Assembly: GCA_907165135.1 (NCBI GenBank)
Contig: OU015566.1
Span: 5,208,001-5,272,000, forward strand
DNA length: 64,000 nt
Direction: 5' to 3'
Source of the DNA: Oikopleura dioica
Taxonomy: Eukaryota > Animalia > Chordata
A program made the translations under genes and the position numbers. Numbering within the stretch: the first letter of the stretch is position 1; each line of letters starts with the position of its first letter. Under the pieces are notes generated by a model. It did not search any database. It saw nothing but the letters and a program-made list of their open reading frames with translations, and was not told the DNA's origin. Positions 22,742 through 35,800 of this stretch are shown here, piece after piece.

Positions 22742-23924
22742 ATGAATGTCTCCAGGCTAGAGAGCAGGATTATTCCGAAAATGACGTTTCAGCTCCACAA
22801 GGGCGAAATGGGCAGAATAGGAGTCATTGGCGGGTGCGAGCTCTACACGGGCGCTCCCTATTTCGCCGCTATTTCAGCGCTAAGAGCAGGGCCTGGGTCG
22901 GAAAAAGTTAAATTGCATCATTAAGAATTCGAATTCAGGACAGCTGCTTACTTTAGACCATGGCCAATGGGTGGGGCCGCTCTAACCCCTATAAACTGCC
23001 ACTCCTGACTGCAGTAGGCAAGAACCGACCCGAGAAGTAGGGGGCGATCTTTGCTCAGTATTCACTTCCCCCCGAAGCTGCTGTTCCAATCAAATGAAAG
23101 GGAATATAAGTTTTCTCGCGTTTTTTTTGCGTTAAGTTTTTGTGGAAGCGGAAGAAAACGGAAAACAGGTTACTCGCCAGAATTGATGGTAGTTCCGTCT
23201 TACGACTGCTCTGAGGTGAGCATTTTCAAGCATTTAGTGTCTAAAATCTCTTCGAAAGTGGTTTTCCCGTCTTCACGTGTTAATTATTGGTCCTGGTCTC
23301 GGTCGAGATCCTTCGGCAATTTCCAAAGTCGCTCGAATCATCGAAAAATCACGGCTTCCGATGGTTCTGGACGCGGACGGCATCTTCGTGCTCGAGAAAA
23401 ACCCACACATCTTGAAAGGAAAAGAAAACGTGATTTTGACGCCGAATTTGCCCGAATTCAAACGACTTTGTGAACTTGCAAGTCTGTCTGCAGATTCGAA
23501 GTTCGTTTCGTTACTTTTGTCTTTCTTAAATCTTTCGAAGGGCTGAAGAGTTGAGTAAGGCGCTTTCATGCACAGTTCTGCTCAAAGGAGAAGAGGACAG
23601 CATCTCAAATAGCGAAGTCTCGCTGAAATGTGCTCAAACGGGCAGCCCAAGAAGATGCGGCGGCCAAGGTGATGTACTCTGCGGTCTTACTGGACTTTTT
23701 CTTTACTGGGCGTTGAAGAAAAATCTTGATCAACCGACTGTCGCTGCTTCTTGGGCAGCAAGTTACTATCTAAAAAAAGCTTCGAAGATTGCCTTCGAAA
23801 AGAAGTCATACGGTAGTGAAAAGTCTAACAGGAAAGTTATTCATATCTGTTTTAAGGAATGTCTGCTCAAACTATCATCGAGGAACTGCCGCTACTGATA
23901 AAGCAAAATATTCCGGAAGAATAA
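22742..23924 (+). CDS. NAXD: ATP-dependent NAD(P)HX dehydratase (CARKD/YjeF-C)
   Basis: [55 protein letters not shown]; includes GG/GC-AG and GA-AG introns. Confidence 0.93.
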
Positions 23925-24034
23925 ATAATTTTGCTAATATCGGTTTCTTGCATTCGCCACTTCGAGCAGAAATGTGCAAAAAATATTTCTCTAGAGTTTG
24001 TTTATCTTTAAAAAATCAGTCATTGATTCTCCAA

Positions 24035-26192
24035 ATGAGAAAAACAAGAGCCCAAGCAAAGGCTCAATCCTTGCAAGAGCAAAAGCCCGTAGAACGAATT
24101 AGCGTCAAAGAGAAAACTAAAAAGAAAACTATCGCAGGAAAGTTCACCCTCAAATGCGTCACAGAGGTTGCCTTTCGATTCAAAGGTAAAGAGCATTTGG
24201 AGTAGGCTCTGGGGTTATCTTTCGAGCTGTTCCTAACTAATTCTTACCCAGAGGTCTACGCTCACGGGACTAACCCCCCTAAAAGAGTTCCTAACCCTAA
24301 CCACAAGCTCAGATTCTAGAGATATAAAATGGCTCGGCCTTTGGTGATTCATCCAAGGCGACTTACATTTTGGATCACCAACAGTCATCCAAGGCCTAAG
24401 AGCCCTTTGGGCCAAATTTTCTGTCTCAAATTAGGAACTCCTAATAGTGGAACCTAGAACTCAGGGGCAGTTCCAGAAATAACAAACCCTTATCATAATA
24501 GTCGGGGGGTACTGAATTGTGCCGCCCTGCGCCGCCCTGCGCCGCCCAGCGTCGCCCGGTCCGGAACCAATCGACTCTCATTCGACACAACCATGACCTA
24601 GGAAAGAGTCCTGAACAAGAGCGAGAGTTGGGCCCCGCCAACCCAATGAGTTCTCTACCAGAAAATGCACGCGTAAGGGCCTTTGGCCCGTCGCGTGCTC
24701 AATAAATTAGTGATTTTATGCAAGATCTGAATTTGATTGAGAACTACGCTACTGGCACCCTGAATTATAGGTTTTACTTATTTTAACTTTTTGACTATAT
24801 AAATAAGTGAGAATAACTAAGTTGACATAAAAGCTTAAATTGTGGCCTTTGAAAGACCAAAAATCTTCAAACCCGGTGAGGCTGGGCGGCACAGGGCGGC
24901 GCAAGGCGGCGCAGGGCGGCACAATTAAGTGTCTCCCTAATAGTCTTATGTGTAGGGTGGCACGCAAAAAAAATCAACTTTTGCACCAAAGAACGTACAG
25001 AGATCTTTTTTGGGTATGATATACTTTTGACGACGAAAGTTCGAAATCCGGAAAAAAAATAATTTCTGTGCCCCCAAGAAGTACTATTTTTTAGTACCTA
25101 AAAAGCTATATTTTGAGCAATCCAAGGTAGAGAAAAACGAAGCTCACCATTGAAAAGAGCGCACTCGATTTAGTCAGAAACAAAAAGAAAATGTCTTACG
25201 TAGTCCATGATCAGCTTTTGGTAAAGGTGTTTTCAGACGTCTACTACGAGAATATGTTCCAGCAGCTTCTATTCAAGTTAGTCCTTGTTGAGGAATCTCC
25301 TCATGTGCGCATCAAAACGATTCTTCTTGGCAAAGAAAAATGGACCATTCTAGCGCCGGAGAAGAAAACTAATCTTTTAGCTTTCGAGCAGAGTTTCCTT
25401 CGACGATCGGTGAAGAGGGCGATCTTTGACATTGCAAAGAGCGAAGAAAGGAAGACGAAGTCGGAAATGAAGATCTGCCTGGAGATGGCGAAACTTCCGT
25501 ATGGCACCGACCGAACAAGCGTTTTGATAAGCTCGAAAGAAAACGCGAAAGAATTCGATTTCATTGAGTGGATGTCGAAATTCCGTGAAAGCGACGAAAT
25601 GTTTGGAGATATTGAGACGCATGGCTCCTCCCTCCAATCCGATTCGAAAAAGAGATGTCTTTGGCTCCGAAACTGACAGCAACAGACAGTGGCTTCGTCG
25701 AGGAGGCTGCTAATACTGTCATGCGCAAAAAACTCAAGAAGGCCGCGTTTTTTTTCCAAGGTAGGTGTACTAATTTCTTAATTTATAAAGAACGCGCTTA
25801 GTAAGCGCCGCTTACCTTGAAATTTAAAACGGCTAGGCCCTGAATTGCGTCACTTCTGATTCTTCTTTCGAACGTATTTTGTAGATTCGGAACTGCAGTG
25901 CTTGTTCAACCACAGAATCTTTCACTTTCTCAAAGCGGCAAGAAAAAGTCGTCATTTCGGAGAAAGAACCTTGGAGATTCGCTCGCATTGGAAATCGACT
26001 GGACCTCCATATATGTTCATCGTCTTCTTTCTCAAAACCGAAAAGGACCTGAATCTACTCGAGGTTCTCGTCCAGACAACAATAGAAGAGATTCTCCGTG
26101 AGAAACGAGAGCGATTCGTGGACGACGATCCCGAAAGCTTCAACCGATTCAGCATACTTTTCAAAACTGAAAAAGAGACACTTCAAGGCTAG
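24035..26192 (+). CDS. Hypothetical multi-exon protein, family not recognised
   Basis: Open exon-like segments 24035-24186, ~25155-25760 and ~25885-26192 with splice-like boundaries; probable A-run frameshift near 25650. Confidence 0.4.
24504..24937. mobile_element. MITE with 8-bp TSD and GG-starting TIR (superfamily uncertain)
   Basis: TIR GGG..ACT(G/T)AATTGTGCCGCCCTGCGCCGCC; TSD TAATAGTC. Confidence 0.85.
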
Positions 26193-26582
26193 GGTAGGCA
26201 AAATTAATGGGGCTGGATGTGAGTGTTGGGAATTGGACCGACTGAGATTTCTCGACCCGAAAAGTACAGACCAAATTGTCGATTTATAGGTTATGACTAG
26301 TAGGCCGACGAATTTTGCCCACCCTAGAAACGAGTTCATGGGCAAGATGCTGTCAATTTCAACTTCGGAAAAGAACTCGTAAAATTGAACATTTACTCGC
26401 CAAGTGGAACGTCGATCAAGAATATCATCGATTTTAAAGCAATAATGAATTAGACTCTTTCTGAAAAAACTCCCGTTTCTACCTTTATCACCTGAGACCT
26501 TTACATATTCAAAAACAAATGTGTTTTATTGAGATTTGCGAAGAATTAAATGAAGAGAGCACTTTTCGCTGCGGGGCTCCGT

Positions 26583-27294
26583 TTACATGTTCTTGAGCGC
26601 GTCGTCAATGCAGTCTTGGATGTTGATCTCGCAGACGTACGGGCGAGTTGCGTTTTGAGTAGCTCCCCAAACTGATCCGCTCTTGAAAGAAAGATATAGT
26701 GTCATTTTTGAAAAATTAAAACGTATTCTTTCGATAAAGGAATAATTATAATTATTAATTATCCTCTAATAGAGGATTTCCGAGGACCGGAATCGGTAAT
26801 TAAGAAGGCTACCTTCATGTATCCCCAGACGTCGTCCTTAGAAGGTTCATCCTTGTCCTTTTCCTCTGGGTCGTTGTACCACTCCTGGTTTCGAAGAATG
26901 TTTCCCTTCCAGTCTTAAAATATTTGGTGAGAGTTTTCTCGCGATAGGTGGTACCTCTCCATTTCACCAGAGTTCCAGGGTTTCCTCTTCTCTTTTCGGC
27001 CTGGACCCAGCTCGATTTGCCGGTGATGCTGGTGTAGAACTCAAGCTCCGCATCACTGTTGATTCGAGGCAGGAACATATCCATTTTCTGGCAGTGGGCC
27101 TTCGCCGACTCGTACTTTTTCGCCGTGATGTAGCGTTTGTAGCAGATTGTGCCTTCCGGTCCGTTTTTGGGTGAGAAGCCGCTCGGGCAGCCGCAAGTCG
27201 TGGAACAGGCTTGTGCCACGGCGAAGAGAGTCAGGCCTGCAATTTCCGAGTTACAGTATCAGTTTCGCTTTTGTCTTACCTGAAAAACCTTCAT
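26583..27294 (-). CDS. Secreted C-type lectin domain protein
   Basis: Signal peptide MKVFSGLTLFAVAQA (needs one T restored); CPSGF...CYK...AKAHC...L..I pattern; W...RPYVCE C-terminus. Confidence 0.8.
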
Positions 27295-27546
27295 GTTCTC
27301 ACTAGTTTCGATCGTGAGAAATCAAAGGGGCTGACTTACCTTTATAGTCGTTTTTCAGTCATGTTTGGCCAGGGCGCGGCATTCTGCATGACCACAGCTG
27401 TGAGATCAAGGAGTGGTCAATCCTTACACAGGCCAACTAGCTCATTATGTATCACCGCTTGTATCAACAACAAATTGTGACGAAAGAATATTATTTCACA
27501 CCTATCTCATCTATTCATCTATACAGTCTTTCTGCGAACTGCTGAA

Positions 27547-27668
27547 CTGGACTCGACAACCTGTGTAGAAAACCTGAGTCAAGGTCTGAATGATCTCTAA
27601 AGAAAAGCCACGCAGGAGATGTTTCAGCCTCTAACTCAAGTTTTCTACACAGGACTTGGCTTTAACTA
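27547..27668. mobile_element. Degenerate MITE family 1 copy just upstream of STK36
   Basis: GGACTCGACAACCTGTGTAGAAAACCTGAGTC and inverted TTTTCTACACAGG. Confidence 0.55.
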
Positions 27669-27692
27669 AGCCCGATTCCTTTTAGACTCAAA

Positions 27693-30600
27693 ATGGAGAG
27701 ATATAAAGTGCTGGACCTGATTGGAGAAGGCAGCTTCGGACGGGTCTACCGTGGTCGTCTGCGCTACACTGGTCAATCCGTCGCCTTGAAGTTCATCTCT
27801 AAGACGGGCAGAAGCGAAAAGGAGATCAACAATCTTAAACGTGAACTCGAAATTATGAAAAGTAAGCTATCTAGTGCGCTTCTTTTTGAAGGAAAAAATT
27901 ATTGATTAATGTAGCGATCAAGCACCCAAACATAATCTGCATGCACGACAGCTTCGAGACGGAGAACGAGGTGGTCGTTGTGATGGAGCACGCAGAGGGC
28001 GAGCTCTTTCAAGTGCTTGAAGACGATGGGAAGCTGGACGAAGGGATCATTCAGACGATTGCCTGCCAGCTGGTCTCGGCGCTTTACTACCTGCACTCGA
28101 ACCGGATTCTGCACCGAGACATGAAGCCACAGAACATTTTGATTGGTAAGGGCGGCCAAATAAAACTGTGCGATTTCGGCTTTGCGCGAACTATGGGCTC
28201 TGCCACTTTCGTCTTGACTTCGATAAAGGGGACGCCGCTCTACATGGCTCCGGAACTAGTCCAGGAAAAGCCGTACGACCACACGGCCGATCTCTGGTCG
28301 CTCGGCTGCATTCTCTACGAGCTCTTCGCCGGGCAGCCGCCTTTTACACCACCTCCATCTTCCAGCTCGTTTCTCTCATCATCCAAGAGGAAATCCACTG
28401 GCCGGGCGACATGTCCTCTGAGCTTACCAGTTTCCTCAAAGGCCGGGCTCGGCAACCTGTGTTGAAAACCTGAATTTGGGCCTGAAAGAGCTTGAATGAG
28501 AAACCTTGAAGCGACTTTTTTGAAAACGAAGCCGCAGAGCGGTTTCGCTAAAATTATCGCAATCTATTCTTATTTTACCGGAGCCGCTATGCTGCTTGCG
28601 GCTTCTCGTTCAAGTTTTTTCAGGCCCTGACTCAGGTTGCCGAGCCCAACTCAAAGGAATTCTCACCAAAGACCCAAAGAAGCGGCTCGGCTGGCCGCAT
28701 TTACTCAACCACCCGTTTGTACGCCAGGGAGTGAAGATAATCGGCTCGAGATCGGAACAGCCGCTCACTGAGATCTTGTCCGACGATCAGCTACGCAAGA
28801 AGGAAGAGCAGTCGAAGCGAATGGCCTCGGCGAAGAAGCCCGGCTCCAAGCTGCTGGCGAAGGCGCGGGCGCAGATGGAAGAAAGGAAGAAGAAAGCCGA
28901 GCGAGAAAATATTCCGCCTGTTGCACCGATCCCCTCTGCTGGGCCACGAGAGAGCGTGAGGACGAACTTTTCGTTGAAAGCGAGCGTCAAAGAGTCCGTA
29001 AAGCTGCCGAAGATAGAACGCAACTCGAGCTCAATCACGGCGTCTTCAATCCAGCCTGTCGAGAAGGAACTGACCCAGATTTCGAGAGATTTCAAACACG
29101 AAATCGTGGACGCGCCGAAACGAGTTCGAAGCGCCAAAAACCGAGCTGGGCGCTCAATGAGCCGTTCTCTTCAAGAATCAATTGCTGACGCTGGAACAAC
29201 GAGCAGGTGGGAGGAGTTGGCGGAAATGACGAACCCAGACGCTGTGGAAAGCTTCACGACGCCAGTTAATCTTCTCCAAGATGGAGATTTCGTTTGCGAG
29301 TTCAAAAAGCGCCTTTTGGAGTGCTTCACGCACGCACAGAACGAGTTCCCAGAGAAAGAAAAAGTCAACGGAAAAGAATTGTGCTACGTTTTGCGCACCT
29401 TCACGAATTTGGCAGTTCTCGGCGCGGAAATCGACGTTCTCCGCAAAATCGAGCTAGAAACGCATCTTTTCGAAAGCGTGATTCAACGTTTGCGCTTCTT
29501 TGTGCAAGGAGACAAAATCGAAGAAAACGCGGCAGTCATATCGGAGCTTTTTGCGTTTTCTTGCACCTTCATGACTTCAGATCTTGGCGGCAGCAGCGCA
29601 GACGAAGATTTAAGTCGATTCTCTACCTTTGTGAATGATCTTCATCCGCTGCTAGACCCATTTATCGAAAGCTGCAGCCCCAATCTGCACAAAGACTGCG
29701 ACATTCCGGCTCAGGCAGTGACGACCTTGCTCGTCATTTGCGAGATATACGATTCGACAGACATCCAGCCATATTTGGACAATTTGTTCGAGTCCTTTTC
29801 CAGACGAAAAATCTGCGCCAAGATTTTAAATCGCGCCTTGAGCGCTTCTCAAAGGTGCACTCGTAAGATACGGCCAAAACATTTGGATTGAGTTTCGCGA
29901 TTGTTAATTTATTTCTGTTGCAGAAGTAGAATCGCAGTTATTCAAACCAAGTGGCGTTTCGATTTGTATTAGTAATTGTCCTGTAGAAAAATGGGAATTT
30001 ATCGAAAATTAGCAAATAGTAAAGTAGAATCGATGTCTATAATAAAAGTTCCAAATTGCTTTTTTGTAGTAACAGCGATGCAAGCTTATATCTACAATGC
30101 TTGGGCGTGATCCTTCGACTTCCGGTGCATGAGACTGAGCAAACGGCCTCCTCCGACAAAGAACAAATCGCGGACGAGTGTATTTGCGAAATGTTCTCGA
30201 CTCAAGCGTGGAAACACTTCCTCAAGAAGGAACTCAACGAGCCAAGCAGCTTACGCAGCGCTTTGAACTTGCTTTATCCGATGATGCTGAGAAGTAGCTT
30301 TCCACAGGAAGGAGTCGTCGCCGTTGTTGGAGAATTGGGACTGCTGATGAAGATTATCGCTGGACAAGAGGAAATCGAAATTGATTTAGGCAGCGTTTTA
30401 TTAAACACGGGATAAATTAAACCGAAAAGATCATTGTTAACAACGTTCGAAAAGAAGACGAGGCGCTCTTTGAAATGTTCGAAATCGGATTCTACATTAT
30501 GTTCATCGCGGCGCGGAAAGAGAAAGAAGTCCTCATTTCTTCCGTCGCCGGCAATTTCCTGGCAGCAGAGCACATCGAGTACAAAGACATCTTCAGGCAA

Positions 30601-32424
30601 GTGATGTCCAGTCCGCCAACGCCTACTGTAGGACTGGCCGCTCTCATCGCCGCCATCGAGCTAGGTTCAACGGTTTTTTCTTTCTCTCGACTTATTGACG
30701 AATTTTAGAAATCTATTTGCCGATTCAGGAAATTAGAAGCTCTTGCACTCGTTGCTTGGCTGATCTGACAATCATTGTGAATCGCCCGCCTCGGGGCATT
30801 TTAGACGGCGTTGTCCGAAATCTGGAGCATTCTATTCGCTCCTGCGCGCTCTCGGACCTAATTTCAATCGTCACTGATGAACCTATTTTCACTCTTCTCT
30901 GGCATCGAGCTGCACATCTTCTGGCTCTTCATATCAATGGCAAGTTGCACCTTTGTCTGGGCCTTTGCTAGGGTCTCTCGTTAGCGTTTCGGGCCGAAAC
31001 TTTCGGCTGTAGTTATATATTATATAATATATAATAAGATTTCGTGAGTTGAATTTCTGTTTCAGACGGCGAACAAAAGATCCAATGGGTTTTGTTTTCG
31101 CCTTCTGGGCTTTGCGATTTGATTTCGCTTTCGATGGCGATTTTCAGCAGAGAGCCGTATTGCTGCATCCAGTACTTAGCGGACAGCGAGTCCGTCCTCA
31201 TTCTCACAATCGCAAAGGTGAGCCATTCATTTTCCAAGCGAAAATAACCAGCCGACGAAGCTTCTTTGCCAACAAACACAGGAGCAAATTCGCATGGCGT
31301 CTTCTTCCGCCTCGGAGCAGATTTTGCGAAACTGCATCACTCTGCTCTCGCTCGTCTTCGCTCTCGACCTTGACGACGCAACGAAAGCGGCGATTCAACA
31401 GTGCTACACTCACTTCGACTTCTTGAGCCTGATCCTGCGCTACTTCAAAGAGAACAACGACAATCTCAAGATTTCCGAAGCTGCTCTCGGCTTCATTACT
31501 CGATCAGTGCTGCAGAACCCGATCCACTCGACTGATATTCAAGCTCTTTTGCCAGGTTTGTTTAAAACGCTAAACTCAAAGTGCATCTACTTGCATACTT
31601 GATAGAGTACAACGGCGAGATTAATTCAGCCATCGCGAGCTCCAATCCCGTCGTTGCCGCGGACGCGCTCACCCTCGTTCACCAGTTTCTTTTAATGGGG
31701 AAAAGCGAGCTAGCGCTGAAACTCGTCTCTGATCCCGACCCAACTGTTCTGAAGAAGTCTTTGCAATTCGGGAGGTAAGCAAATTCGAGCCCTAACAATT
31801 TCCTTCAAATTTCTAGCACAAATACAAAACTGAAAGCGTCGCTGGTCGCCTCGCAGCTCATTCTCAAACAGCGCGGAGCGGACAACCTCGATCTCTACGA
31901 TTCAGTTTCTGCGCTCTCGAACGATGCAGACGAAAATGTGAGGAGAAACGCCACTCTGTTCCTTTCAAATTTGATCTACTTCAAAGTTCCGCCCCACTTC
32001 GATGAAGTCTTAACGAATTTGGTTCGCCAAATCGATTCGAAAAACCCCAAACTTCGGCTGCAAGCGCTCGAAGCTCTCTCACACATTCCTCAGCACGGAG
32101 AAGAGTTCATCTTGAAGATGAAGAAGGCCGCTGTTTTCCAGAGAATAAACAAACTCATCATGTAAGAAGAGATAGAATGATTTCATGCTTTAGCAATTTT
32201 TAAGCTCTGAACCTTCCCCCGCCGTCCTCCAGCCACTGATCCAACGCGTGCTGCGCAAGTTGTGCACGTTCACATCAATTCGTAGCCACCTTGTGGCGAT
32301 CGGCCTGCTCTCGCAGCTGCACACACTGGCGGAGCGCAACGCCGGCGCCTCCTCCTCCGACCTGCCACGAAACCAGAAATTCCATGCCCAGATCCTGCGA
32401 ATTGTTCAAATCCTCCGCCCGTGA
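27693..32424 (+). CDS. STK36: Serine/threonine kinase 36 (Fused) with long HEAT/ARM-like C-terminus
   Basis: [69 protein letters not shown]; 1-nt deletion at ~28343. Confidence 0.93.
28443..28649. mobile_element. MITE family 1 copy forming a GC-AG intron (28442-28656) in STK36
   Basis: Perfect 8-bp TSD CTCAAAGG (28435-28442 / 28650-28657); TIRs; removal restores [10 protein letters not shown] exactly. Confidence 0.9.
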
Positions 32425-32870
32425 CTTTTGCCGCCTCGTTGTATTCCAAAAAACCAACCATTACTTCCCTGAAAGTTGTTTCCTGCTGTGCCTTTGTTTG
32501 TTCAGTCTGCCGAATATGTAAATATATGATTTTATATTTTTTCACAAATATATTCTATTTTCATAAATAAAAGCTTTTATCTCAAATTCAAAGGATTTTT
32601 TCCGCATTCGAAAGTTCAAAATAAGACTTCAATCTGACTGGCAGAGTAATTTACCAATAAAACAGGCGGAAGTCGAAATTTGGACGAAAAATCAATTTTT
32701 TTTTTGCCGTTTTTCGTTCAAGAAAAGCATTCTCTGTAAAAACCACATTCGCATTCGCTTTCAAAACTATCGAAATCGACGCATTTCGCATTCCTTGAGC
32801 TCTTTTTCCAAAGTCGTCCGTTTCCAGGCCGGAAATAATTCATTTTCACAAAAATATTTTTTAATGAAAA

Positions 32871-35800
32871 ATGAACAAATATCAGAAAAAGATAAAAGCG
32901 ATAGAAAGAATTCTAGACGAAGAAGATAGAACAGAAAAGGCTCCCTATCCACTTCATTTTGAAATCGAATGGACTTGGTACAGACGATTACAAGTAAGAT
33001 TTAGGAACAAATGAATGAAAAATATTGTAGTTCTTCATCGCTTGTTTCACTTTGATACCATTTCGTGCGATTGGAACGGTCTCTTATTTCAATAAAAGTC
33101 GATAGAGTAAGAAAGAGACCGCGATAAGTAATTGCCCTGACATGCCCTTTCCAGTTAATAATTACAGCAATACTCGATTCGTCTGGTTACTACACAAAAC
33201 CCTACCAGATTTTTCTTTACAATGCTATGTTGAAGGGATGGCTATTTAAGTGTTGAATTAAAAGCGCCAGATTTTTATTAAAACAGCCTTTGAATAGATA
33301 ACCAGACTCCAAATTTTTATCCTTGGCATTTCAATAAAGCACAGAGGCAGCCCGGCTTCCCGCCAAGAGGCGCCCATCATTGTTCTAGCTCCACACTCTT
33401 TGATGCAAGATTCCATTTTTCTAGCTCACCATGGGCTAATCACAGGACTATCACCAAGTCTAGTCTCTCACTATGGATTGAAAAAGACTTTCCTTATCGG
33501 TCCACTAACGACAGCGTGTGGCGCAATCTATCTCGACCGAGAAAACCGCGACTCACGCTCAGCTACTGTTCACGAAATCAACAAACGAGTCAAGACTGAG
33601 CAGCCTCTTCCTCAGTTAATTATGTTTCCCGAAGGAGCTGTTACTAATGGGAAAAGTTTGCTTCAATTTAAGCCTGGCGCTTTCATTCCAAGAGGTAAAT
33701 ATCATAATATTCGCGCGAAGGCCCTAGTTAGCTCATTTTTGAGGTATTATAAAAGTATTTCTCACTGAAATAATGTCAAAAAGAACAAATTAGTTTTCCA
33801 CCATTTCGGGTGACTGGCGCCAAGCCGCGCGCAGTTTTTCCGTGAGAATCCCTAAGTATAACTTATACTCTATAATTTATATTTTTTCACATTCGTTTTT
33901 CGTGTGCTGTCTGCATGCCCTTATTCTGCTTCCTTTACTTTTTGTTTAGTTCCTGTGCAGCCAGTTGCAGTTTCATTTGAGGGCTGGAGAACGGGAACCT
34001 GTTCCAAAGGAACAAATCAAGCCTGGCTGCTTCTTGTTTCATTCGCGAACTTACGAATGGAGGTTCTCAAAAAATCATCATCGTTAAAGACAGACAATAT
34101 TAAGTTGAGATTCGATTACCTTCCAGTTGTAACGCCCCTTGAAAACGAAGATCCGATTTCTTTTTCGAGCCGTGTTCGAGTTATTTTCAGTGAACACACC
34201 GGGCTGAAATCATCAAATATTTCATTCGAAAACACTCTCATTCACTTTGAGCTGAAGAGGCTTGGACTGCCATTTGAGTCGATGGACGTTGATTTGAAAA
34301 AACTGATGAAGTGTTTAGACTACAAGGTAACGCTAAATGAAAGTCGGAAATAAAGAAAACTTCCGTCAAAAGGTTGAAGACATTCATCTTCGATTGCAAG
34401 AATTCGCCAAACTTCGTGATCCAGAAGAAAATATTATAACTATAGGCTCGTTGAATCATGATATCCTTAGGGAACAACGCCTCAAGCAATACAAAAATTT
34501 ATTTCACGGCCAAATATTTACGTCAATTTGGTTCTACGTTGGTTTAAATTTGTCTTGTCAACTTGGTATTACCAAATTGATCCGACATTTTTCCGAAAAT
34601 CATTTCACGATATTCTTCTCAAAATGAAAAGATGGTCAGTTTTCACGAGCCAGATTGACCCAAAATTGTCTTATCATCATGTCATCTCTTTACGATTTCT
34701 ACTTTTATCATTGGAATGCTCATATGCTCTCATCATAATCAACGGGTCGGAAACTAATTAAGGGTTTATTCAGTCTAGGATTAATGTGTATGTACGCATA
34801 CTTTGGAAAAAATCTTAATTCGTTTCTGACTATTCTAGTGCGATCTGACGTCCATTCATCAAAAATATGCAATTCGCAAAACCGCATGTTTAATCTATTT
34901 ATTGATATTTCTTATCATTGCTTTGCGATTTTAAAAGTTCGATTATTGACAGTTCATACGATTCAACTTCTACAACAAGATAGCCGTCAACACCTTCTTC
35001 AACAACAACTACTCCAACGAGCCGATAAACCGTCGTATCATCTCGGTGCCGTGGGGTCGGACAAACTCTCTGTCAGTGCGTCCGCTTGTCGCAAACTAGC
35101 TCATCCGTAAGAGAAGATACGGTGCGAACCGCGACAGTAACTTCCCCCGGGTATGTTCCTTGGAATTTGCTTCTTCTATGATTTCAATTTTGATAAATTT
35201 ATTTTATAAAATCCTGACCAAATTTTATTCAATTTATTTGTTAAATTTTGTACATATTCTTTTACTTTTCTCATCCCTTTTTTTATATATTTCAATCTTA
35301 ATTAACAGTCACTTCTACGGTCACATAGTGAGAAGTTTTAGTGGCTGTTATTATTTTCTGCTTTTTATTATGAAAAAAATTAATTTGCGTTTTATCTCGT
35401 CACGCGCGGCGCCGGCTCCAGAATCCTTCGAAAATAACTTGCTTGGCAAGTTCGACCAGCTTATCATCCGAAAAGAAATCGATCCGAAAGGATTTCCCGC
35501 TAGAAAAACCGTCAGAGAAAGCCACGGGCTCTCTTCCTTGTTTTCAAAAGAAAAATTGTTTTTCAAAAACAATCGCTTGTTCAAAAACACTGATTGAATC
35601 TCGCTGCTATTTAACCCCGCGTCGCGCCTTTTTCCGGCATTCAAATCACAAATAAAACCACGCAAATTTCAAATTTGATTCTCGTTATTTTCGCTTGGCA
35701 TTCTAGAGTAAAAGATTAGAGAGCAAAATTCCTGCAGGACAGCCGCTTCCGTATCATGGTGACTCCAACTCCTGAAGAGGTACTGTACAAGAGTCATGCG

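Noticed and set aside
23216-23237. 22-nt intron in NAXD (would weaken the mutually-exclusive-exon argument)
   Set aside because: A 43-nt GT-AG intron (23216-23258) also restores the frame and fits the typical size.
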